NCBI GenBank assembly: GCA_951406725.2
Contig: OX597818.1
Coordinates: 72,912,001 to 72,976,000, forward strand
Source: Octopus vulgaris
Lineage: Eukaryota
DNA: 64,000 nt
Direction of reading: 5' to 3'
Under the pieces are notes generated by a model. That model was not told where the DNA came from and searched no databases. It saw only the letters and a list, made by a program, of their open reading frames with translations. This document shows, piece after piece, positions 41,479 to 55,706 of the stretch. Each line of letters begins with the position of its first letter. Positions within the stretch are counted from its first letter, which is position 1. The translations under genes were made by a program, and so were the position numbers.

Positions 41479-41878
41479 ATAGGTGCAGGGTGGCTGTGTG
41501 GTAAGTAGCTTGCTTACCAACCACGTGGTTCCGGGTTCAGTCCCACTGCGTGGCATCTTGGGCAAGTGTCTTCTGCTATAGCCTCGGGCCGACCAATGCC
41601 TTGTAAGTGGATTTGGTAGACGGAAACTGAAAGAGGCCCGTCGTATATATGTATATATGTGTGTATGTATATGTTTGTGTGTCTGTGTTTGTCCCCCTAG
41701 CATTGCTTGACAACTGATGCTGGTGTGTTTACGTCCCCGTCACTTAGCGGTTCGGCAAAAGAGGGCGATAGAATAAGTACTGAGCTTACAAAGAATAACT
41801 CCCGGGGTCGATTTGCTCGACTAAAGGCGGTGCTCCAGCATGGCCGCAGTCAAATGACAGAAACAAGTAAAAGAAAAA
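41479..41878 (+). mobile_element. Near full-length tRNA-headed SINE (family A)
   Basis: A box tggctgtgtggt, B box gggttcagtccc, internal (TA)(TG) tract, A-rich tail; further partial copies at ~19600-19830, 28310-28460, 32070-32205, 42550-42725, 46140-46310, 50670-50812, 53375-53520, 54665-54800, 57785-58130. Confidence 0.9.
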
Positions 41879-41962
41879 ATATAATCAGCATGTTTCTCAA
41901 TACCTTTTGCCAATACTCCTTTATTAATACCAGTATATACCAATTAATTAATAGTGACAAAA

Positions 41963-42000
41963 CTGTCCGACGAACGGGAACGTGAAACTCTGAGTAACAG
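41963..42000 (+). ncRNA. Minimal type I hammerhead (family H1), U4C core
   Basis: ctgt-CCGACGA-acg-ggaa-cgt-GAA-ACTCTGAGT-A-acag. Confidence 0.78.
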
Positions 42001-42750
42001 CTTTTGTTATATCTCTGCTGCTTTTAAATAAAGTACATTCATATATATATAACATATAATATAATATAATATATATATATACATATATACAAATACTTAA
42101 ATACACACTAAATCATGTGCAAAAGGTTAACCTTATTAAATAAACTACTTTTTTTCAACTTCAATATATGTTTACAAAACCTATCTATATTGTTAGTTAT
42201 ATAGCTTCATCCATAGTTGTATTTTCAAATAAACTGCATAGCCATCATTTTTATTCGTACTGAATAATTTAAGAAAACCTAGTATTAAAAATTGTTTTGG
42301 AATACCTGCAAAAACATAAACGCTCAAACAAAAATCTATTATATGTTATCGTTCGTACGTTATCATTCGTATGCCTGTATGCCACATCGTGAAACTTGAA
42401 GTTTCTACACCTCAAGTATTCTGGCTTCGGCTTGGACACCGACAATATTGATAGCGCAGTATTCGTGTCGAGTGCTTCTCTGGAATTGCCGTAACTTCAC
42501 ACACCGTCTGACCTTAGACTTTTGCTCTATACTGAATACATACATATATGGCTTCCCACAACCGCTGGACCAGCTGTGTTGATGCGTTTACATCACCGTA
42601 TCTGAGCGGTTAGGCAAAAGGGACGATTTCATAAAGACTCAGCTTAATGGGGCGATTTGTTTGACTAAACACATTCAAGGAGGTGCCCCAGTATAGTCGC
42701 AGTCAAATCAATGAAAGAAAATATGAAAATGATAAAAGATATATCCATAT

Positions 42751-42825
<75 letters not shown>

Positions 42826-42868
42826 TATATATATTCCTATATATATCTAACTTAATACATATACATAC

Positions 42869-42899
<31 letters not shown>

Positions 42900-43414
42900 C
42901 ATCCACACACACATGCGCGCGCGCACACACACACACGCATATATATATGCGAGACACACACGCGCTCACTCATATACTTTCAAAAAATTTATTATAATAA
43001 AATCAAAGCAAATAATGAGCATTTAATACATGCATTGCAGATTATATTATGTAACACATCTAGATAATAGGAAATATATCCCTTACGCGAGACCTTCTGA
43101 AATTAATACATTACATATTGTATTCACTGCGAAGGGTCTTGCACAATGGATGTATTTTCTATAACATATTTCACAATGATCTGAACCTTACTTATTAAAT
43201 GATTTCAAAATATCGTTATTTGTTTTGATTTTCACTCCTATAACTCATACCACATTATGCCTGTTCCATCTTGCCAGTCCTCTACTACACTGAGGTGGAA
43301 ATTCTAACCAGTTTGTTAGATCTGTCTCGTGTCAAAATGCAATCATCATACATAGCTTCTAAGAGAAACATACGTACGTACATGCATACATACATACATA
43401 CATACATACATACA

Positions 43415-43445
<31 letters not shown>

Positions 43446-43528
43446 CTGTCTGTCTGATCGTATATCTAGCTGTCTATCTATCTGTTTGTCTCTGCCCGTC
43501 TCTTTCTATCTATCTCTCTATCTACTTA

Positions 43529-43584
<56 letters not shown>

Positions 43585-44540
43585 TCAAAGAGAGAGAGAG
43601 AGAGAGGCAGATAGAGTGTTAGATAGATAGATACATAAATAAATACATACATACATACATAGAGTGAGAGAGAAAGAGATGTATACATATATGTGTGTTT
43701 GTGTGCGTGTTTATGTATACTTGTGTGCTTGTGTGTGTGTGTGTGTATGTGTGTGTGTGTGTGTGTGTGTGTAACTATTTTCTCAGTGTTACTGTCAACA
43801 TAATATAATGAAGTTTACCCTTGCCATACCTTTGTGGATCTGCATCCAATTGCATTATTAACACTTACTGAAGAGAACGCAAATAATCAAACTGGTGAAG
43901 CTTGCATAGAAAACAAAGGTATTTAACACTTCTGTGTTTATAACACCTTTCGTATATGTCCATATATTTAGACGTGTCTGCATATGTATATTATATTGTA
44001 TTATAATTATGCAATTTCATGTGCGCGCTATCTCGCGTGTGTCCGCCCGAACGTGGTTAGCGTACATGATCTTCGGGTGTGTTTATTACCATTGTCATAA
44101 ACTTCCATATTAAAAATTACTTGAGACCTACAGAATATTACAGCAATGACTGACAATCACCAAAAGAAGATACTTCGGATATAAGGCGATGCAAGACGCC
44201 CATATTAGCAAAACCACCATGTTTCTATTCGACTAAACTTCTTTCCACAAGTTCAAACGATAACTAAGGTCACCTCACTTTTACTGGTGTTTCAACAACA
44301 CCATGCAGGAACTCGGAATGTATAATTCACCACACTATTATCATTACCGTTGACGCTGCACTAGGTTATCTGTACTCTTATATGATGACGTATTTTCTGG
44401 TTCCTTTGAAGTCAATCCCCGTCACTAGGCTAAGCTGGCAGCAGTGTTGTCGGGACTCACCAAACTATGCAAGCTCGGATTGTGGGTGATCCGATTTTGC
44501 ATGGCGATGTAATGCATGTTAATATTTGCTGTGCATCTAA

Positions 44541-44750
44541 GACAGCGAGCTGGCAGAATTATTAGCACTCCAGGCAAAATACTTAGCGGCATTTCGTCCG
44601 TCTTTACGTTCTGGGATGAAATACTGCCGGGTTCGATTTTGTCATTCATCCTTTCGCGGTCGGTAAAATAAGTGCTAGTTGAGCATTGAAGTGGATTTAA
44701 TAGACTGAACGCCTCCTTCGAAATCGGTGACCATGTGCCAAAATTTGAAA
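44541..44750 (+). mobile_element. tRNA-headed SINE (family B, Nin/Deu-domain-like)
   Basis: gcgagctggcagaattattagcac..cattcatcctttcgcggtcggtaaaataagt, resembling the Nin-domain motif CCTTTCATCCTTTCGGGGTCGATAAAATAAGTACCAG. Confidence 0.75.
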
Positions 44751-46170
44751 CTACATTTCTTCTATATATGTGTATGTATATTCTACGTTTAATTATTTGA
44801 GCTCTTCATGCAAAGAAAGTACTCCCTTCTAAGTAACAAAGCTCCATCATTCACATATTGATAACAAACGCATTATCACATCTGAACCTGCGAAAAGTTT
44901 TTATTTCGCTGTTCAACGTACATATTTCTCTTTTTCATATGGTTGTTTGCTGGTTGATTTCTTTTTCCGAAAACCCTAGATGTTTCAGATTGGCACTTAG
45001 GCATTTACTTACAAAACCAACTGCATCAATTATTTTCTCTCATAAAAATTGAGCACCTTCAATTTCTTTTCGATGGCACTTTCCCAAATGCTGGTTTAAA
45101 AACGGCAAGCCACGTTAGAGAGAACCGATATTCTCAACTACAGTTTTGTAGCTGCACGTAGATACATATATTTTATAGCACTCTGTCACTCTCCAATCAG
45201 TTCTCGTTAAGATGCAAAGATACAAAAGCATTATATAACGTAAAGAAAATACTGAACTCGAGTTAAAGAAATCGGCAAGTCACCAGTCGATATTTCGAGT
45301 GTCCGTATGACATGAACTTGTGACCCAAACTATACTAACTCCTAATTATAGATATTAGATTATATCAAAATTGTTAACATTAATATCAAAGATCGTCACT
45401 TCCAATCAACAAATTTCTGATTCTGTCATTGTCATTTATAAATATATTACCGTTATATAAATTCGTTTGACTAAACATTTCAGTATCACATCAAACAGGC
45501 TTAAAACTAGTTTATAATATAGACGTAATAAAATGATAATGTATAACCTAATATATTGATTTCTCTTTTCCGGTACAAAAGACTGGATATTGTAGGTATA
45601 GTAGTGTTATATCGCACGTTCGGATGACCTCTACTCAACCCTCGACGTCTAGACTTCTCCCTCTATATCTACGTATTGGGCTAGCCTACTTCATCGTCTG
45701 GGGGCGTCGACACAACAAGTAGGCAAATGAAACATGTTGGAAGTAATACCCTGCTGAGAATAATGAGATGACTTGGGTATCCAACTACTGAAATCTATCG
45801 GGATCGCGGCATGCCAGAAAGTATTTTCTAATTTCGTGGCAAACCTAGCAAGGTTCTTGTTACTTTGAAAAGACAGTTTTTAAGAAGTACATATGCATAG
45901 ATATACATACACACATACTCAAAAACATACATCTATAGACATACACGACAATGCATGCCAGTGGCTTGGAAAAAGATTTAGTTCACACATCTTTTAGAGT
46001 ATGTGCTTTGTTTGAAGAGATCAGAGGGTATTATATTTACAGTATTTTTCCAGGCTAAATTCACCTGTTATTATTCATTAATCTATAAAACGTCTTATAG
46101 CTCTTTGAATGTCACAAGTTTGTGACAGCAACGGCTGTCAAGTACTGTGACGACAGGCACAAACGCAAAA

Positions 46171-46205
<35 letters not shown>

Positions 46206-46823
46206 CGTATACACGAGTTAGTCTCGGGGCTATAGTGTTAGATATTTGCCCATGGTGCCACGCAATAGGACTGAATCCGCAACTATGTTGTTGGGAAGCA
46301 AAATTAATACATTTACTACATGAAAGGATATCACAATGCCCCTGCGCATAGGAACTTTTTTTACATAATTCTTTTGAACGCAAAGAATGACTGGTACTTC
46401 CAAGTAACTTTTAGTCTTGAAGAGTGTTTTCTTTACTTTTTTAACCAATATTCTACCCACTATTATTTATAGTTTCCGCTTCGAATTCGCTGTAAAAATA
46501 AATGCCTTTTATCGAATTAAAAAAAATATTATGGAAATAACTTGAAATATTGCTGTTAATAACAAACATTCTTAAGATAAAATGGATGAAGAAAATGCAG
46601 TTTCGATTTGGCGTAATGTTTAGCAGGCCAGTTATCTTTACTCAAGATTCTAATTCATGTTTCACGGACAGCTTTCGTCCCCTCCCCGCCTTTTCTTTCC
46701 AAGGGATCTTGTAACTCAATATTCTATTGTATGTTATTATTTTTAACTTCATCTATTTTGGGTCCCCTTGTCAAAAATAATATATATTAATACATATATA
46801 TATTAATACATATATATATTTAG

Positions 46824-46863
<40 letters not shown>

Positions 46864-47102
46864 AGATAAGAAAATGGAGAAATACATCAAATCAAATATC
46901 AATTACCAGATAATACTCAATCACATACTTTATTAAACCACCACATAAGAGACTGTAGGGTTAAACATAAAAAAGCAGAACAAATCAGTGTACATAAAGG
47001 AATGTACATAAAAAAGTGTACGTAAAAGAGTGATGTTGTATAATAAGTAGAATATATATAAAGAGAATATACATATAAGTAAATATAAATATAAGTATAG
47101 AC

Positions 47103-47234
47103 TACATCTTACAGCTGTTTTGGCCATGTAAATAAGTATGTCTCATTTTACCAATATTGGCCTTTTATGGTAGGTCAATATATAGATATAAATGAGACAT
47201 TTACAAAATATCATAGGGCCTCCTCGGAGATATA
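47103..47234 (-). ncRNA. Hammerhead-like motif with long structured stem II
   Basis: tatatct-CCGAGGA-ggcc..(~90 nt, includes atgtctcattt/aaatgagacat)..ggcc-AAA-ACAGCTGT-A-agatgta; G12A fits CpG decay. Confidence 0.68.
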
Positions 47235-48539
47235 CATATACATATGAGTGCATATACTCACACTCCTATAGATATACATAATAATGTAAATAAATGATAT
47301 AAATTAGTCAACATATATACGTTCCATATTCAATGTTTAAGTTCTTCAACTTAATATTGTGATAATAAACATACACATATTAGTACCTAGATGCAAATAT
47401 ACACAGTCAATAGTACATTATATTACTTCCTACTAATTTCCAAAGTGTCATTAAAGTTAGCATCATTATCGTTGTCAATACAATTAATGTTATCATTATT
47501 ATCATTCATAATATTATTAATAACGCTTACATTAGGATCCGAAGTGGCACATATGTATGTCCTGTTTCAAGTTAGTAATTTTCCTTATGACATAAATATA
47601 CTATTGGATTTGAATTTAAATTATCATTGTCATCATCATGGTTGGTCCGTATAGAGCCACCTGATCTCCACCACACCGCACAAGAAAAACATACACATCA
47701 ACATCCAACCCTAAACCCACATGTCCACATAAATACCCACACATACGTGCACACACACACACGAATACACCCCGACACATCTCTACACATTCGCTAGATT
47801 GCAGAGTGCATGTCTGTCATCGCATGGTTTATAGACAAATCAGTACAGGCAGCAGTGTCTATACACTAACACACACACTCACACGAACATCCGCATATAC
47901 TCATAAATGTTAATACACTCTTATATACTATATCAGGGAACATTCGCACACACATATATACATATTTCAATATATGTCTGCGCACTCATACGTACAAATA
48001 AAACCTATACTTATATCCACCCATGAATAAATATTTGCATATACATATATACATATCAAAATACGCACCTGCGTACTCATATGTATAAGAAAAACATACA
48101 TCCGTACATCCACCTACGAACATACCTATACGCACAAAAACATACATACGTACACCTCCACATTTTCACACACCTCGACACCTCTACCCACATCCACTAA
48201 ATCAAAATTAAAATATATGTCTGCCCATTCAAAGACGTATATATACATACACAAAAAGTAAACAGAAGTTCATTAATTATAAATTAAATTGATTATAAGT
48301 TAGTAAGTGCCAAATAAACAAAAATAAATAATTAAATAAATAAAAATAGATAAATAGATAAATAAAATGGAATACAGATTAAGAAGATCACAAAGATAAA
48401 CCTAATATAGTAAATATAAGTGGATACGCCGAAATGCACTCACATGCACACACAGGTGCATGCAGGCCCCCACACGGACACGCGAATTTATGGCTGGGCC
48501 CACACGCACACACGATCACTGAGATGTACACCAGTGTAC

Positions 48540-48601
48540 GTGTGGGTATATATGTGTATGTATATGTATATATGTGTGTGTATATGTATGTGTGTATATA
48601 T

Positions 48602-48635
<34 letters not shown>

Positions 48636-48820
48636 GTGTAAATGTATATGTATGTGTATATATGTATATATGTGTATGTGTGAATATGTGTATGTATGCA
48701 TATATGTATGTATGTATATATGTATGTATATATGTGTGTAAGTGTGTGTATATATGTATATGTAAGTGTGTGTGCGTGTATGAGTATGTATGTATGTTTG
48801 CACACATGTATATGTGTGTG

Positions 48821-48873
<53 letters not shown>

Positions 48874-49045
48874 ATATATGTGTGTATGTATATGTATGTA
48901 TGTATATATATGTGTGTGTATGTGTATGTGTATATGTACATATACGTGTACGCTCGTGTGTTTATGTATATGTAGGTACGTAGAGTTATCTATGTGTGTA
49001 TGTATATGTACATATGTGTAAGTATGTATATATATATGTGTATGT

Positions 49046-49135
<90 letters not shown>

Positions 49136-49942
49136 AAGTTTATATGTATGTATCCGTCTATATAATGGGTAACTGCACGTACATATACTTAATATTTATT
49201 ATTTATTTTTTGAGTATGCATGTATGAATAACTGCGCGTATATATATTTTATTATTTACTTATTTTTTGAGTATGCATGTAAGTATGAATATAAGGAGGC
49301 GCGTGTGTGTGTGTGTATATGTAAGCATAGATATATGTATACTTTTACGCATGTGTGTACTTATGTGTATATATGGATGCGCGTGTGTGTGTGTGTTTAT
49401 GGGTACGCATGTACATGTGTATGTGCGCGTATGTGTATATGTGTATGTATGTATGTGTGTGCGTATATTTGTATATGTATGTATGTATATGTATGTATGT
49501 GTATGTATATATATGTATGTATGTATATGTATATGTGTATGTGTATGTATTTGTATGTGTATGCATGCGCGTATATATATATATGTATGTATATGTATAC
49601 GTGTGGGTGTGTGTATGTGTATAAAATAAATGTATGTATGTATGGATGTATGGATGTATGTATGTATGTAGATGTATGTATGTATGAATATAACGCGTGC
49701 GTGCGTGTATGTGTATGAGTGTACGAATGAGTGAGTGTACGTGCTAATGAGTGTGCGTGCGTGAATGAGTGCTTGTTTTCAAGTAGACAGATAAATGGAC
49801 TTGCTGTCATAGCCAAGATGCTTGGGACCAGCGGTCAAAGATAACAAAAGTAATAAATGAAGATAATAAAATTAAAATTAGGGAATGGGTCTGTATTTGT
49901 ATGTATATATATGTGTGTATGTGTAGGTATGTATAGGTACAC

Positions 49943-49986
<44 letters not shown>

Positions 49987-50315
49987 ATGTATGTATATGT
50001 ATATATATGTGTGTATGTGTATATATGTGTATATAGGGACTAGTGTGCTGTGTGTGCATGTGTGTATGTGGATATGTGTGTGTATGCGTGTATGTGTATG
50101 TGTGTGTATGTATATATATTTTTCTGTGTGTATATGTATGTGTGGTCGTGTGTGTATATATACATGTGTGTATACGTGTATGCATGTGAGTGAGTGTATG
50201 TATATGTATATGTGTATGTGTAGATATGTATGTGTATATATATGTATGTGTGTGTGTGTATGTATGTGTGTATGTATATATGTATGTATGTGTGTGTATA
50301 TATGTATACATATGT
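48540..50315. repeat. Degenerate (TA/TG) alternating purine-pyrimidine tract
   Basis: About 1.8 kb of mixed tatg/tgtg/tata with short interruptions. Confidence 0.9.
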
Positions 50316-50537
50316 GGATGGGTATAAGTGAGTATCTCCTTATTTACCTAAAACTCTATTCTTTTTTATATATATATTTTTATTTTTTTATTTATTCTTT
50401 TATCTAATTTACCACTGACTCCTTGACCACTCCCCCAAGTATGATACTTTGCGCTATGCTTACCCCCAAAAAGTCCCCCACCACCACCCCTTTAAACCTG
50501 CCTAAATGTATAAATGCCAATACAATTCTTGTTAACT

Positions 50538-50588
50538 AGCTTCCTGAAGATTTCTCTTGAATGAAACAGTTCTAGTCCTGTAGAAGCT
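50538..50588 (+). ncRNA. Type I hammerhead ribozyme motif with canonical core
   Basis: agcttc-CTGAAGA-tttc-tctt-gaat-GAAA-cag-ttctagtc-ctg-TA-gaagct: 6-bp stem I, intramolecular stem III, GUA cleavage triplet. Confidence 0.82.
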
Positions 50589-50593
50589 CCTTC

Positions 50594-50668
<75 letters not shown>

Positions 50669-53514
50669 CATACACGACGGCCTTCTATCAGTTTCTGTCT
50701 AACAAATCCACTTAAAAAGTCGACACTTGCCCAAGGTTCCATGCAGTGGGACTGAGTCCAGAACCACGTGGCTGGTTAAAAAGCTTCTCACCACGCAGCT
50801 ACGCCTGCGCCTCCACACGTCCATGCATTCGCTTATATATATAGTGCATATATATGTATGTATATACGTAATCCAAAATTCTAAATGCAACTGCAAGTAG
50901 ATCTACATGTATTTGGGCATCCATTTATGTATTCATTGATGATATAATTTCAAACGCCGTCCTTACTTCGAGGCTTTGCACACCACGTTGTCGTAAAAGA
51001 TTAAATACGGAGCGATTTCTCTATTTTACACAAATTCTGTAACTTATCTACTACCTCATTTGTTCGTTATTTACTTAAGAGAGATCAATCACTAACACTC
51101 CAGCATGTGCAGATAATTCAAAACAATATATTTTCACGCTTGCCACTGTCGAATCCAAATATTTACTATTTGTGCTCGCAGGTCCCTCAGGCACTCGTCT
51201 ATTTCTTCAAACCGATAAAGAAAATTCTGCCCGTGGCAAAACATTTATTATGTTCGGTAGTACTTTACAAACCGTTTCAATTTCCATATATCTACAGGTG
51301 GTATCTAAAGATGTGTATCAATACACGCTCGCACACTGGCAAACAAAACTTATCTTTGGGAGTATGAAGGCGTGTAAAGCTAAAATGACGGGTTTATACA
51401 TACATATACATGTACATATATATATACATGTATATATATATATACACATATATATATACATATATATATATATACATACACACATATACACACATATATA
51501 TATATATATACTTATATATATATACGCACATATATATATATACACACCTGTATATATATACACACACACACACACACATATACATATATATGTAAGTATA
51601 CACACAGGCACGCACGTATGTATGTCAACAGAAAACCATTTTAACTCCAAATTTACCGTATTATACGCCTCTAAAACCTATCACCTTTCTAATACCAAGA
51701 CTCCCAGGATTCTGGCAGTAATTAAAAAGAAATACTTATAACCATTCTACACTTTATAATTCCCAATAGTATTTTGCACTCACATAAAAACAAAATTTGA
51801 TTTTATTACTTGTCCCTCCATCGCACATAATTGAAATCTCTTCACATTTTTATAGCAAGTTCATCTCTTAACTGTTGAAATGTTATACTTCATTTAAAGA
51901 ATTATTTTGTTGCTTTAATTCTTTTCCTTTCTCCACCTCCTCGCTGTTTATCTTCTTCTAACGAAGTTGTGATGAGTATTCTGTGGTCGATTGAATTAAA
52001 TTGTTGCTAAAATGATGCTTTATTTATATAATAATCAATTTATGCCATATTTAATACATTTACTCTACCATCTGTCATATACTTATTACGTTATATAGTA
52101 TAATCATTATTATGATTCGAATATAATGACGATAATACCAATAATAGCAATATAACGTCTCACCATTCAACGACTGCATTGCATGTAAAACTGACTTTGT
52201 GTCAGATTGCAAAAACAATGACTAGAAAGCTTGACGAATGGCTGCAATTTATTCTTTTAAATTAGAACTGAGAAGCCGCAAGTGGAAACTATATTATAAA
52301 TAAGAAGTATCAATCGATAAACTGCCAATGGTTATATAGAAAAAGCTTTAAAGTTTTCATGCATAATTGTCCCATTGAATGCAATGTTGGACAAATAAAG
52401 GGAGGCAGTGGTATTGCAGAATGGTTAGAATCTTGGAAAAATGCCACGTGTTGTTTATTCCAGCTTTTTTTATGCTCTGGTATCACATTCCACCGAGATC
52501 AAAATTTCCCTTTTATCATTTACAGATGGACGATATAATGAAGCACTATTCAAATACTGACGTCAGTGCTATAGGCTAACCACCCCACTGACATTTTAGG
52601 GATTGTGTCTATGCTAGAAACAATTTGCATTAGAATGGCTGATGAGTTGTTCAGAAATCAAACTTTGTCGACGAAAACGTCCATAAAATAAAGTACCAGT
52701 AAAGTCAAGGAAGCGATATATGCAGACTATGCATATATATGACAAAATATGTATTGTTGAACAAATATGGTACTGGATTGCTAGAATGCTGAACGAAGTT
52801 CATTGTGGGACTGAATTAACTTTCAATATATGGGTATTCTGACTCCAATGTAAAGGGTTTGGGACAAGTGGTTTAAGGTGTTCTGCTTACGAGATTAATT
52901 TTGTTGTTCGACACCTCGGCCGGTTGATGCGTTTTTTTTCTTTTTCGCGTTGCTCCAGTTTACTCACTTAAAAATAAGAACCAACCTAGTGCTGGGGCAA
53001 GCTTTTCTCCCCACCTGATGTTCCTTTGGATCAATTTTGGAACAGATGAACGGATGCATATGTTATACTCACGACTGCATAGGCACTTAATAAATATAAT
53101 TTGCAAAAGCATGATACAAGTACTACTACAAGTCATACACAATTACGAGTGGCGGTTATATACTTTATATTTTTGTTTTCAAATCATACTGATAGTGACT
53201 TTTCATTTCTATTTCCGTTATCGCTAAATAGTTATCCTGATCCTTATATAATGCAGTTAATATAATCGAAGGAATTGTTACCCAATATTTGAGACATTGC
53301 ACTACTGTTAGAAAACAATAATTATTTAGAAAAAAGCTTTTTAAAACAATAAGATATTATCGATAACAGTGGTAGGGTTGGCTATATGGTTAAGAAATTC
53401 ACTTTGCAACAACATGATTTTAGGCTCACTCCCCATGCGAGGGAATTCGAGCAAGTAGCTTCTGATATATGTTCGAGTGGACTAAATTTGTTTAATGGAA
53501 ACTGTGAAATCCCG

Positions 53515-53557
<43 letters not shown>

Positions 53558-53713
53558 TGCGTGCGTGTGAATGTGTGAGTGTGTGTATCTGAGTGGGTGA
53601 ATTATATATTATATAATATATGATATATATATATATATGTATTTTCTTTTCGTAACATATATATATATATACTATATATATACTATATATATATATATAT
53701 ATATATATATTAT

Positions 53714-54445
53714 GTAAGTAAAATTACGTAATATGTTAATAGTGAATCATGTATGCGAATAATCCATATTTTTATTGCTTTTTCTTTTGTCTTGCTCGAT
53801 TACGTTTTGGTTGTTTCACTAATTTTTTCTTGAGAACATTTCTTAGTTGTAAGAGCATAGCGGATCTATTTCTAGCATAAGGGTGTCCATATAATGGATT
53901 CCCTCTATGTATATAATACAATTTCACTGAACCTGCAGTTATTTTATATGCTAGACCTCTGGTGTGAAATCGATGTTAATTAAATTAATATCTAGTTTCT
54001 CACCCTCATTTTAAATTTAAATTTAAGTTAATATGTTCTCTAACCGGCAAAGGCTACTGCAGTAAAGCATTTTCTGCAGCATCAGTTTTTCCGGTTACTT
54101 AGCGCACCAAAACGAGGACATTTGAAATAGTAACCACGAGTATTATGGGTAGAGCTGTTTTACAAGTCTGACTTTGTGCGGACGTCCTAGTATGCAGTCC
54201 TGCTAATTATATTCATCTGGACGGTCACACCGATGATCTACTGACGTTTACGTAAGTAAAATTACGTAATATGTTAATAGTGAAACATGTATGTGAATAA
54301 TCCATATTTTTATGGCTTTTTCGTTTGTCTTGCTCGATTACGGTTTGGTTGTTTTGCTAAATTTTTCTTGAGAACATTTCTTAGTGGTAAGAGCATAGCG
54401 GATCTATTTCTAGCATAAGGGTTTCCACATAGTGGTTTTTCTCTA
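53714..54445 (+). repeat. Partial tandem duplication (538-bp period) carrying a hammerhead; retrozyme/pLTR-like
   Basis: 53714-53906 matches 54252-54445; hammerhead tcaca-CCGATGA-tcta..tagt-GAA-ACATGT-A-tgtga at 54225-54296. Confidence 0.8.
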
Positions 54446-54531
54446 ATATGTATGTATATATATGTTTCACCTTGTTTTGCATTTATGTGATCACCTGTGT
54501 GTGTGTATTTATAGACACACACACACATATA

Positions 54532-54660
54532 TACGAGGTGTGCTGAAGAGTTACTGGCTTTAAGGTTATCGCGAAAAAACTTGGAGGCCCAACATACCGA
54601 GTTCTTTTACGGGGCTAAGAAAAACTGAAGGTTCACTGCAATATGTGTGTGAATCTGAGA
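54532..54660 (+). mobile_element. Mariner-derived MITE fragment
   Basis: TA|cgaggtgtgctgaagagttactggctt, a mariner-like TIR start. Confidence 0.5.
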
Positions 54661-54823
54661 GGGGATGCTTCCCAACAACAACATCTGCCCTGGTTCAGTC
54701 TTATTGCGTGGCAACTCGCGTAAGTGTCTTATACTATAGTTTTGGGCTGACCAAGATCTTGAATGGATTTGCAGACGGAATCTGAGCGAAGCCCGTCGTG
54801 TATATATATATATATATATACGT

Positions 54824-54948
<125 letters not shown>

Positions 54949-55417
54949 TAGCAATAAGAAAATGAAGGGGATCAAGAGTTGGTATTCATCAACTTATAGA
55001 CATTATATCGTGTCTATTTATTTAGTTTTTTTATGACAATTATAGCAGTATACATACATGCATAACATATTATGCTTTACATATAAAAAGTATAAAATAT
55101 ATAATATAAAAATACCAGTAATTATTAAAATGTATAACGTAGAACATAACAGATAGGATAGAATCTTACAGCTGTATCCCATTCTACTTTTATCCCTCCA
55201 GTGAACTGAAGTATTTAGTAGATAAGATTAAGGTACTTGGGTGTCTCTGGGCTTTGTCAGAGCGTTCAGAAAGTCCATAAGGTTAAGTTATAAATATAAA
55301 TACATACATATATACATACTTTTACATATACACACATATATATAGATGTACATAAACACATATACCTATATTAAGATGTTTATGCATATGTATATGTATA
55401 TGCTTACAAAGGAATCA

Positions 55418-55418
<1 letters not shown>

Positions 55419-55456
<38 letters not shown>

Positions 55457-55469
55457 GTTATTATTATTA

Positions 55470-55508
<39 letters not shown>
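55419..55508. repeat. (ATT)n microsatellite
   Basis: Direct reading of the sequence. Confidence 0.95.
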
Positions 55509-55509
<1 letters not shown>

Positions 55510-55664
55510 GTGTATTATATTATTCTTATATAAAGTATAAACAGAGGTAGGAGAAAGTTATTAAAAGAGAAATAATAGTGCGATTTAAAAAATCAATGTA
55601 TCTTAAGATTATTGAAGTTATGTAGGAATAAAAAGATATATACACGAGGAACATATATATGTAT

Positions 55665-55706
<42 letters not shown>

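Noticed and set aside
41490-41545. tRNA-like A/B boxes
   Set aside because: This is a SINE head with no complete cloverleaf, so it was not called a tRNA gene.
43990-44480. Possible gypsy PBS (tggtgagtcccgac, minus strand) and LTR fragment
   Set aside because: No paired LTR or gag/pol motif was found.
52635-52684. CTGATGA-gttg...cgac-GAAA hammerhead-like match
   Set aside because: The stem I register is off by one, and the region reads better as a decayed family-B SINE (..ataaaataaagtaccagt).
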